A DNA stretch of 64,000 nt, taken from NCBI GenBank assembly GCA_002633005.1, contig NMRA01000188.1, forward strand, positions 1 through 64,000. The letters run 5' to 3'. Under the pieces are notes generated by a model. The model was given only the letters and a program-made list of their open reading frames with translations, was not told where the DNA came from and ran no database searches. The position numbers and the translations under genes are program-made. The stretch comes from Phoronis australis. Taxonomy: Eukaryota > Animalia > Phoronida. Positions 13,049 to 24,257 of the stretch are shown one piece after another. Numbering within the stretch: position 1 is the first letter of the stretch; every line of letters begins with the position of its first letter.

Positions 13049-14197
13049 GGCAGCAATGCTGAAATAATCTATTACTGTTGCACAGAAAATAATAATGATG
13101 TCATAGGCAGTGGTTATATCAACTAATTCAGACCACCAATGGCTTAATACTTGGCGTGACTCCTGGGCGACGAACCAAAGGGGGCTGGGAGCTATAGCCC
13201 GCACTTATTTCAGTGCTGCGCCGTCCATGGTCACTTGGCCGGGGCACCATAAGGGGGTGGGGGCTATAGCCCTCCCCATTATTTCATGCGGTATACCGTT
13301 TAAGTAGTAAATGATTTGAAATGTCATGTTCCGTATTAACAAGGCCATCAATTTTACATGCCAATAAGATCTCATAAAGATTCTTAAGATTAAATCTCTC
13401 CAGATAGCAACAAACACAGAAAGGGAAGTTTGGAGTCGTGTGCAATCATGCAGAAACCATCAACCAGGGAAGTTGGTGCAATGAAGAAATATTCAGAAAT
13501 TGACGGTATTTTCCATGTCAATGACTAGGGTTAAAAGCAACAACACTTTAAAAAACACTTTTGAGTGTTTGCAAGAAGTCCAACACAAGACGCGAATTTT
13601 GTTTACTTTTAAATAAAAGCTCTAGTTGCGACTAGAATATTGCCTAATGCAGAAGCAATGTGCATTGTATAGTTCCGAGATTGCCTTAGTGAAAACGTAC
13701 ATGTAACATGGAATGCACCCTTGCGGACGCTTCCTCCTGTTGACGTCTGCAGTGATTAAATGACGCTAGATACATGTAAGTACGCTATTTCATTTCGAAT
13801 GAAAAAAGAACCAGTTAATAATTACTAGATATAAAATAAAATAATAGACATGTACCGTGCACTTCCTTGACACTGGATTTTGACAATTACATATCTGCAA
13901 CACTCTCACTGTACACACATTGAGTTATGCAGCCTCAGTGTGAATCCCTATTCAACAACAAATAGCAAATATTTAAGGTATCAAGTGTCTCCAGCAAAGT
14001 AATAGCCAAAGCAGACACCTCGGGTGAACGTGTATCATCGATGAAGGGTTGGTGCTATAACTGAAGAGCTGACGTCAGCTGAGGCTGAAGTCACCCGTGT
14101 ACTTACGTATAACACGAGTCACTCGTCTCGGGAGAAAATTACAACTGCCTTAGAATTACTTGTACAGACTTAAACAGCCAAACAACCAATCGTCCAT

Positions 14198-16526
14198 TTA
14201 AAACTGTGGCAATTCTTCTTCCATACTGTCAACCTCCTGTGAGTCAACAAGAAATCGACTTAATTTAGTGATCGCCTCACACCATGATTCAGCTGACGTC
14301 ATAACTACTAGAACTGGGCGCACGTACTTGGCGTTATCGTACATCATTTCTGTCAGTTTTCGGACCTGTATCCAGCATCCGGACTCCTTGCTTCTTTGCG
14401 TTTGATAACATGTGTCCGTACGCTGTTTTCAATTTCTCTATCCGCTTGAACAAGTTGAAGTAATAGGCAGTCACGTGTGTTTTGGGCTCAGTCTTCATCT
14501 CATCAAGAGAAAGTTCAACGCTACAGCGGAGTTTCGCATGCATCACACCTGAGTGTCGTTAGCGTACGCTTCTTGGATTAATGTAAACAGTCTAGTACCT
14601 GAAGGACGTGGGTTGATTTCGATTAAACTTGTGATTCGTTATCTTTGACGCGAATAAAATCGATGTTTTACACACAATGGCGAAGACCGAGGGCTTGACA
14701 GCACTAATATGAAGCTTGGACCAATTCCTCGTGCAGGTTGTCTGAATCTCCTGCAGGATGGGTGATAGAAGTGTTCCAAAATTCTGGAAGTGGGGCAGAG
14801 CGTCTCTTAACAATGAAGCCACGAACAATATTTCCTTTCGAAATCGTCACGTCAATTCCATACTTGATACCTTCAAGATATTCCATTACCAGCACCTGAA
14901 ATAAACAGAGATTTTCAATGAACGACTCTCTATACGCTAGGTGGTGCTAATAAGACAAATTGCAATTTTAAGCAACTGGCTGGGTGGATTAAGAACATAA
15001 ATCAGAGTAGTGTTCAGTATGCACAACAGTCTCGCGAGAATAGCTGGTTTGGTCACCTGTTTAGTTCGATAATATCTGCGGAAAACGTATCTCATCTTGT
15101 TTTGTATTAGTTTTCGTGGCCACGGAACAAGGCCCATTTCAGTAGTAGTGAGGTCGTTTATATTCTGCGCCCCTTGCGATTATCACTAGTGCATACACCT
15201 CTTTTTCAACAAGCGTCATTTTCATTTGTCATGGCATGAGAACGTCGAGAAACGAAACTTATTTTCACAATTAACTGTCTTTGATTTTGCTGCTGATTGC
15301 TTTACGTAAAATATGATTAAGAAGCCAAAAGTACTTAATTACCAATAACTGTACTAAAGACTCTCTAGCCCAAAGCATTAAAAATAAAACCTAATTACCG
15401 ACTGAGTGTACGACAGCTTTTCACACGCTGCTGTCCCACGAAGCATACCAGTGGTCAGGTAACTAAAAAGATGTAAACAGTTGGCCGTGTCGTAGTGAAC
15501 CTTGCAACCAACCTAACCACTTACACACAAAGGCTCTATGACAACAGGAAACTTTAGTTTGGCTAATGCTGCCAGTAGTTCTCTCTGGGTGTGTACTGCG
15601 TAACTACGCACGCCATGCTGAAAGAAAACCAGACTGGTAATCTAGTTATATGGATGACAAAATAGGAAAGGGGGGTGGGTTACGCTATTCCGATCCGGTC
15701 ATGTTGAGGGGAAACTGCGCTGGGACTACTACACTTCCATACACATCTCATGTATACAATGCCAAACTCCTCTGTTCACCAAAGTGCAGTCATCTAAGAC
15801 GACAAAAATGTTTAATATCCAAAAGGATGAAACAAGTTAGCCTGCCTGCATATATGCCTAACATGTAGGTACTTTTCTTTCGATGGTTGCATGTACGCCT
15901 TGCGAATTTCAGACAAGTAGTCCACAAACAGCTATAATAACGTGGTATGTCACTGCCATAAGTGGGCGTTTGGCCGTCCCCTTCCAACACTTACTCTGGT
16001 CCTCACTAAGTCTTCACGGGTTGTCGTTCCATAGACTATTGGCTCGGTTCTCACTAACAACCAAATGTTCTAGCCCCACTCGTACCTTTCCCTAGTTTTG
16101 TTGTAATATTAATAACTTCGATAGTGATCCTTTCATTTATTTAATGACTTGTTGCAACGTTTGGAAATTAACTCGTTTCATTTACCCAGTTTTTATTGAG
16201 CATAATTAATTTAATAGTCTGTATTATGTCAACCACTTTGTTAATTACTAGCTTGTATTTGCTACTTTCATATTTGTATATGAGCCGGAGGCCTAAAAAC
16301 TGAAATAAAAAACTGACTAGTATTTCCCTCTTCCGCATACCTATGTTTTGATCTAAATAGCCACTCACCTTTGGAGCTTCTGGGGTTTTAAGCAAGTATT
16401 CTTGCGTGATATCCTTCAGGAAACAGGCCACGGTACTCTCATAGTTTTCCCCAGGAATGCCGAGTTTTTCACAATCGTAACTTCCAACCACGTTCGAAAA
16501 GTCACCAAAAAGTAGCCAGCGCTTGC
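14198..16526 (-). pseudogene. Copy B: ATP-grasp ligase pseudogene (exons 2-4 only)
   Basis: Exon 2 (16526-16369) is 158 nt, frameshifted. Exon 3 (15617-15399) has TAG at 15515-15513 and VVMKP changed to VVIEP. Exon 4 (14895-14198) has TAG at 14706-14704 and indels. Intron 1 homology ends near 16815; exon 1 is absent. Confidence 0.88.
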
Positions 16527-16859
16527 CTAGGTGCAATAGTGTATATCACGTAAATCTTAAGATGCAATGCATGCAAAACTGACATTGGTTTTATAGAGCC
16601 ATGACGTAGGACTGGCTTCGACAAGTTTCTTGGGTATTTGAAATCTCTACCAGGGGACAATTTAGAAAATGGAACTATATCAGAAGAGCATCTTTTCAAG
16701 TAATCACTTGAAAAAATTATGTTGTGACGGTATTCAACTTTTGACGTCCCCAAGTTTTCGGCACCGTAGGTCTCAACTCTAAAACCATGAGCATTTTTTC
16801 ACAAGAACAGAAAATTATTGGATTGTTCTAAAACCCCTTTGACCTCCTCAAGAACCGCC

Positions 16860-17500
16860 ACTGTAGAATCTATGTAAGTACCCTCTCGTGAGTCATAAAG
16901 TAGGCTTACATGTTTTTGAGTCAGGTTTTGCGAGTTCAATGTACTTTTAAAATACAGAGCTCAAAGCGATACGATGGGCTTTGGGCGCCTACTTACCTCT
17001 AATTTCACCACTGCAGCACTGCTTCTCTCAACATCTAGAAGACATAGCGCGCTCAGTTTGTCATATGTCATGGTTATTCTGAGACGATGGATTTTTATTA
17101 GTGCCAGTTTGCGGAATATCGCTCCGCGGAACAGACCGTTACAATCATTTACAGATATGTCCCTTTCTAGCAGAAGAACATTATGACCTCAACGATACGT
17201 CGAAGAACGTAAGTCCAATATTGTTGTTTTCATGCCCTTTCTGTTGGAATTCCCTGGCAACGTGAGTGGGATTACTCAAAGAAAGTTATATTTTAGCACA
17301 CAGTCTTCATGAAATTGGTTGTATTCATAAATTTTCGCGTTCTCTTCAGCCCTTTTCCAGTTATTAAAAGCACCTTCTCTGGAAAACCTGCTACGCTTAC
17401 TGCACATCAAATTACAATAAAAACAATTGACTTTGCCTTTGGACCGGCTGTAAACATGACAGTATTGGCCAAGTATGTTGGTTTGCTTCTTACCGCGTGT
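16860..17500 (-). mobile_element. Internally deleted hAT transposase relic (TTF-type zinc finger plus dimerisation domain)
   Basis: YSRSKGKVNCFYC...GAFNNWKRA...HEDC; paralogue at 39480-40060 carries the hAT dimerisation motif. Confidence 0.7.
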
Positions 17501-18100
17501 ACTGCATACCGCTTTACGTTTCTGGGCCACTAATGGCCCAATACCGTCCAACGACACCGAGTGAACCCTTCTGTACCGCCCCGCTAGTAGACACACGGTA
17601 CTGGAGTCATAAAGCTTGAGCGGTAAACACAGACTTGAACACATGAGGGCAGTTACAGGCTTGTCCAAAGCAGGGCGCTTACTAGTTTAAAACTACAAAC
17701 TTCATTTCCACCAGATGTATAACAGTGAAATTTTATTTTTTAAAGAAAACTTTATACCACGTGATTCCCATTAAAAAACCGCCATTTTGAAATTTCCGTT
17801 GAAGAGCACTTGAATTGTTGAAAGTTTTTCGCGAGTTTGAAACCAGCGTGTTTGACAGAACAGTGTTAGTGAAGGATTTTGACAGTAAACTTCAAATTTC
17901 TGGTAAGTTTCGTATTTGTTTACTTTCAAATTTTATTCATAAATAAGCCTGAACTGAAAATAGGCACAACGCTTTTTCAGAGAATAACCAAAACAATGCC
18001 TTCTGCCGCGTAAATGGCTGCAACAGTGCTGGTGAAAATAATTACAATCTGCCACTCTGCATTTTTGTAAGTATTTATGCACGTTTCATAGTAATAAATT

Positions 18101-18262
18101 TAGATTACTACATGACGAGGTCGTCATCCCCCGTTATCTAGAGCCCGAGTGGATTTTGGAAAATTATCGCCCGACGGGCGTTAGCCCCGAGGGTGTTAAT
18201 TCTACAAAATCCGTGAGGGCTCTAGATAAGGAGGATAACGATTGAGAACGTGTAATAATCTA
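18101..18262. repeat. 162-bp imperfect palindrome (fold-back MITE-like)
   Basis: TAGATTACTACA..TTATCTAGAGCCC..GGATTTTG..AATTA pairs with TAATT..CAAAATCC..GGGCTCTAGATAA..TGTAATAATCTA. Confidence 0.75.
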
Positions 18263-18339
18263 TTTATACCACATACTGAACGATATTGCAATGAATCGAT
18301 CTACCTTTCTCGACTTGCCTCGGCTTTGTAACTACTTTC

Positions 18340-18690
18340 TATGTCAGAGGCTCAGTGTGTTTTCCAAACAAAGTTGTCCAGACAACAGGAAAATTGCCAA
18401 GGTTATTCCTGTATTTAAGAAATTGGGCTGTTGTTTTTAGATAATTACAGGCCCACTTCTGTTCTTTGCTGCTTTTCTAAGGTTTTTGAAAAACGTATCT
18501 TTAATCAATTTCATTATTTTAATTCCACTTTGCATGACGCCCAGGCTTGATCCTTTATTAAGAAGTTTAATCCATTTGCAGAATATGTCACCAAACCCAA
18601 AAAGGGACAGCGTTTTAAAAATTCTATCCCATGACAAGGAATCGAGCGCTTTGTCGAAATCTATTAATTGTATTTTTGTCTTAACGTGAA
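18340..18690. mobile_element. Two abutting LINE RT fragments in opposite orientation
   Basis: + strand NYRPTSVLCCFSKVFEK (near 18440-18500); - strand LIDFDKALDSLSWDRIFKTLSLFGFGDIFCKWIKLL (Tx1-like). Confidence 0.7.
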
Positions 18691-19711
18691 TAAAATGTGT
18701 TACTACTACTATAAATACTACCACCATACCACCACCGCTACTACTCCTACTATTACTTTGTAGTACACAGCCCTCTTCTCCGAGCCATTACCGTCATCTC
18801 AGTATCACCTGTTACTCCAACCACCCGTGTAACAAATGCCGCAAGCGTCTGCCTTTTGTCCCCTTTCCACTCCGGATTGATTAGGTGTCACCCTCTTACC
18901 CTACCGCCCATTTACGACCCGGCACGATGCATCGACCCCTTAACCACTCATTTGTTACCCACATGTCACTTTTTTCTCTGCTTTCAATAATCATTCATTG
19001 GTGCCCAGCATCATTTCAGTATTGCCAGCATCATAGTCCAACCAGCTTATTGTACCAGTATTACCTTATCAACAGCGAACATAAGTCATCCGCCTCTACT
19101 CTAACTCGTGTCAACTAATTGGTTTTTTTTCTGCTCTACCCACATCGGCAACGTGCTATTATTCATTAGTTTATGCAGGTATGCAGGTATACCCTTACAT
19201 TTATTATAATTCATTTTGCATTAAATCAAACCAAGTAAAAATTTAACTAGTCTATGTTCCGGGGCTTATCCAGAAATTGGCGTTGGCATTTTTTCTTTTA
19301 TATTGCAATTTCTGACGTCGTCGGAAGTGGTCTCCCAAACCCCAACGCACCTGCCTCCCCTGAGACTATTAGCAACCAAAACGGTCGCCTTATGGTAACG
19401 TGAAAAATGTCCCAACTGTCTTGCTACCCATGTCGTCTAAAAAATCTTAAATACGAATACGTTAACCCATCGAAGCGCATGCTCTGCAATTCCAAAGGTT
19501 ATTTTTTGGGTGGGGGTAGGGGTTACTCATTTTGCTGTTTTAAAGGAATCCCGCCACACACCAGTTGGAGAAGATTTATTGGCAAGGCGAGACTCCATGT
19601 TCACAGTCTAGATAATTACTTAGCCGAAGGTGAACACGTCTACAACAACTTTTTCGATATCGCTTTACCCTTCAAAGAATATTAAATTGGCGCTATTGGT
19701 ATTGTTATACC

Positions 19712-20648
19712 CATAGGCGGATTTAGGGGGGGATAAAACAGCAAGAACGTAAGGAAAAATTGAGTTATTAATTAACTCCGGTAATTAAAATTATACGGCT
19801 GAAGCAAGATTTAACAATGTGTGGAGTTTTAGCTTGTGTGTGCATGTGAGGGGGGAGGGCTCAGACCGGATTTAGAGACAACCGATGTAATCGTAACTAT
19901 GACTTTCCCGGTCGATATGTCCGTGATATCCCAAGCGACCGGCAGTGGCGCTGCACACTACCACTTCGTTTCCGTCGTTTGCTACACTGTGCAATGAAGG
20001 AAAGTACCTCATTATTTCAAAGAAAACGGAAGCCGAGTGGCGATGAAGAAACAGAAGCCGCTGGTAAGATGTAAATTTTAATCGAAGCCTGAGCGAATCA
20101 CTTAGAAACTCATAACTATCTCTTTGTCAAACATTAAAATTCAGACGATTTGCAAAGAAATTGTGTGGTTAAACGAAAAACGTATTTGGTCTTTTGGGCA
20201 CTTAAGACTATTTCAAACACAACAACTTTTGCTACGATCTGGTTGCACAAATAATAAAACGTGTAATAAACATTACGGAAAGAAGCAAGTTTGCGCGCAA
20301 ACGCTGTTAACCATAAACATGTATGAAGAAACAGGGTGACTCATTGGTAGATCACACATACTCCGATCCTTTAGGTAGATCGTGAGTTAGAGTCCATGGC
20401 AATTACAATTTTCCAGTTTTATACACGTTCTCAGTGTTTTTGTTTTGAGAATTCTTCAGAAATCATGGAAAATGCTTGTTTTCAGAAACAAAAACAAAAA
20501 CAAAAACAAAAATTGTCTCCTGGGCGGGAAGGGGAACCTCCCTCCCGACCTCCCCCATGCGGCCCTATGCGCCTCTACCACCGTGCTTTGCACGACTGTT
20601 TGCAAGACAAGGTGTTGGCCGCCTCATTATATCCTAGATCTGCCACTG
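19712..20648. mobile_element. hAT-type MITE, same family as 43177-43638 but inverted and longer
   Basis: Termini CATAGGCGGATTTAG and CTAGATCTGCCACTG; 20390-20648 is the reverse complement of about 43177-43415; TSD not preserved. Confidence 0.6.
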
Positions 20649-21769
20649 AGTAAATGTAACAGGCAGTCAAGATAACACCAGGTGGTGCAAGATTTCGCCG
20701 ATTTGTGTTATGTGAAAATCCAGGCGAGCCGATATAGGTGTGCGAGTTTAAGACGATCACGTTTGGTGACAAGGCATCCTCAACAGCGGCAATATTTACT
20801 TTGAGAAAAGCAGTTAGCGACAAAGCACCACCTGACAAAGAATTACAACGAATCGCTCAGGAACAGTTCTGTGTTGATGACTTAAGCGAATTATTGAGTG
20901 TGTTCAAGAAATCGCACGGTTGAAATAGAAGTTGACTACGATCCTGGGAAAAATAAACAGACGCAAGTGATTATCAAATGAAGAAGAACTGTGAGTTCCA
21001 GTCAATCAACGATACAACTTTGTTTCTTTGGACTGAATGGAATCTCAGAGAAGACACCTTTATCGGCGAACCCGTCACTTTTTAAAGATATAGCTCCTAC
21101 CAAATGTAACTACAGCTTGCAGCAAACTTCGTCATACATCGACGTTTTTGGTATGCTGTCTGGATTTTAGTGAGACCTAATATTCTTCTTCGGAAACTAT
21201 GATAGTTCAACATTGATTGGGATACGCTATTATCTCCCTCGAGTGATATGTACTCAGTGATGGACGGATTTATCACGATCTCGTGAATGCAAGTTCGATC
21301 AAGTCACACCGTTGTATAATTCTTGAAAAATATAAAGGTCAGACCTTGCTTCCCCAATTGTCATTTCACAGAGCAATCGATGTATCCAAGAATGCGATGG
21401 GTATTACAATATGGCTACAGTCGTCAAGCTAAAGCAAGAGTCATCCTATAAAGCATGCATCCCGAGAAAGGAACTACAGGCCACTCTCTTCTTGTCATGT
21501 TTCATGTCCCAGTTGAAAATGCATTTCGACTAGACATTGCCTACAAGAGAATGAGGACTGACAGTATGACAGCAGCTTCCTGGTTGATAGGTCAAGCAAA
21601 CGAGTATAAGGCATATGCTGTTTACTGAGTAGAAGAAATTAAGAAATTACCACAAACTTCGAGAATAACAACAACGTTTCATCTGTTCCGTCCAAGCAAC
21701 TGTCATCGACATTTTCGTTCGTGGTGGTTCAACTGTCGTAATGCAAAAAATCATAGAAGAGCCCCAGTT

Positions 21770-22800
21770 TTTGAAGCACTCACCAGACTACTGGCCAACA
21801 CTTAGGAACGAAAAAGACAAAGACAATAAGGAACAGAAAAAGTTTCGCAAAACTCACTTAGACCTCCCAAACTCGTTCATAAAATACAAAAATTAATCAA
21901 TTCAATTAGAATTGTCTCTCGTCATCTCAATTCCGTGCATCTTGAAACTCTGTTCAAATCTTTTGTACTTCCAAATCTAGATTACTGTTACATAATCTAC
22001 CAATCGGCAAACACAGGCATACTTCTTCAATTAGAAAGACTACAATACCAAGCAGCTTTAACCATAACAGGAGCATACAAAGGGTCCAGCACAATCAAGG
22101 TTCTAAACAGTCTCAACTGGAGCAAACTAGCAACCCGTCGTAAACTCCAGCTGTCCATGTACATTCAAAGTCTTAAACAACACAAACAATCATTTCAGTA
22201 AAATGCTCCTTGACCTCTACAAGAGAATTAACACAAGACCAGGACTGCAGCAATATAACTATACACTATACCACCTTCCCTCAGCCAAGCCTTCAGGAGA
22301 TCAACGATATTAACTTGCATTGTCAACCGGAATTCCTTACCATCCAAAAAACACAGGGGTATCTAGGATTTTGAGTTATGGGGGCCTAGACAGAGTATTG
22401 GTCAGGATTTTGCCCGTCAGACATTCACACTCCTGAACTGCCAAATGGAATTTGGGAGAATTTTAGGGGGGCATGGCCCCCTTCTAAATCCGCCACTGCT
22501 TCAATCGTCACTCTCAAAAATAATTTTAATCTGCATACCACAACTCAAGACTTGTCACTCCCATTAACATCATTTCAACTTCCTCGCAACCATGACATAA
22601 GCCAGATCAAGATGTGGATTGCTCCTCAGTAAACAACGAGAATTTTAGAAATAACAATATACTTCACGTTTGTGTTCCTGTGGAGACATTCAGACAAATG
22701 CTCACGTTTTCTTTACTTGTGAGGTATGCGGGGAGCAGAGGCTACAGTGTTTACAAAAAATATTCTGATATTTCTAAAATGTATTATTTTTTTCTATATG
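21770..22800 (+). mobile_element. CR1-group LINE 3' fragment
   Basis: LETLFKSFVLPNLDYCYIIY..LERLQYQAALTITGAYKGSS..LNWSKLATRR, typical of a post-RT region. Confidence 0.7.
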
Positions 22801-23330
22801 GATGTAAAGTACGCAACCCAAATGAAAAATCTCTTTATGGGAGTCGATAAAATTGTATACATGTAAAGTAACTTATTGTGTATGGAACTGAATTATTTAC
22901 ATTTTTTCATAATCATATCTCATTGCAGTCTTAACACCACTTTTTTAATTTATGTATTTGTGTCTCATAAATGTATGTAGATTTCTTTGTATTTATTAAA
23001 TCCAGATACAATGCCTCCTGGCGCTTTCTGGGCATGTACATTCAATGTACTGAAGATTTCATAATAAACATTTAAAAACACCTCCACTACCATTAACCAC
23101 CTATATTTCTTGCCATTACCAAACATACAAAAGCAGAAGTATTACCATCACCTGCCAATTCAATTCGAATGAAAAAAGCAGCACTTAATAATTCCTAGAT
23201 ATTAAACAAAATAATAGACCGTGACCATGCACTTTTTCTTGACGCTGGAGGTTCACAATTGCACGTTTACAATACTCCCACAATACTCACTTTGGGTTAC
23301 GTAGTCTCTGTCTGGATTCAGAGGTTGTGA

Positions 23331-23336
23331 TTTATT
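23331..23336 (-). terminator. Putative polyadenylation signal AATAAA of copy C
   Basis: Positional conservation with copy D. Confidence 0.45.
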
Positions 23337-23558
23337 CAACTACATATAGTAAATATTTGGAGTGTCAAGTCTATCCAGTAAGAAATAGGCCAAGGCAGAC
23401 ACATCGGACGCTGAAAGGTCGTTGTTATAACTAAAGGGCTGACGCCAGCTGAGGCTGATGTCACCCCTGTTATTGCGTAGACTATAACTTGAGTCACTCG
23501 TCTCAAGAAAAAAACTACCATTGCCAAAGACTAATTTGTGCAGGCTTAAACCGTCCAC

Positions 23559-24257
23559 TTAAAATTGTAGCAACGCTTCTTCCATGCTGTCGAAGTACTT
23601 TGAATCAACAAGAAATCTGCTTAATTTAGTGATCGCCTCACTCCTTGATTCGCCTGACGTCATCACTACCAAAACTGGACGCACGTAATTGAAGTTATCG
23701 TGTATCATTTCTGATATAGATTCCGGTCCTGTATCCAGCATCCTGACACCGTGTTCCTTTGTGTTTGATAACATATGTCCGTACGCTTTTTTCAACTTCC
23801 CTCTGCGCCTGGCCAAGTTGAAGTAATAGGCAGCCACGTGTGTTTTGGGCTCAATCTTCGTCTCATCAAGAGAAAGCTCAGTGTTACAGCGGAGTTTCGC
23901 ATGCATGACCTGAATGTCGTTACCGTACGCTTCTTTAATTAATGTAACCAATCCAATACCTGAAGGACGTGGGTTGATTTCGAGTAACCGTAGTGACTCG
24001 TTAGCTTTGACACGAATAAAATCGAGATTGTACACACCGTGGCGAAGACCAAGGGCTCGGCAGCACTGATACGAAGCTTCAACCAATTCCTCGTGCAGCT
24101 TGTCTGAATCACCACCAGGAATGGTGATAGAAGTGTTCCAAAATTCCGGAAGTGGGACAGGGCCTCTCTTAACAATGAATCCACCTACAAGATTTCCTTT
24201 TGAAATCGTCACGTCAATTCCATACTTGTCACCTTCCAGGTATTCCATTACCAGCAC
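23559..24257 (-). CDS. Copy C coding exon 4
   Basis: 232-codon ORF containing MEYLEG, GVYNLDF and EINPRPSG. Confidence 0.9.
   Translation of the reverse strand: MLVMEYLEGDKYGIDVTISKGNLVGGFIVKRGPVPLPEFWNTSITIPGGDSDKLHEELVEASYQCCRALGLRHGVYNLDFIRVKANESLRLLEINPRPSGIGLVTLIKEAYGNDIQVMHAKLRCNTELSLDETKIEPKTHVAAYYFNLARRRGKLKKAYGHMLSNTKEHGVRMLDTGPESISEMIHDNFNYVRPVLVVMTSGESRSEAITKLSRFLVDSKYFDSMEEALLQF

Noticed and set aside
12716-13204. 162-aa ORF as a longer N-terminal isoform
   Set aside because: The extension runs through a splice acceptor and copy-specific sequence; the conserved start is the ATG at 13048 and the exon ends at the GTGAGT donor.
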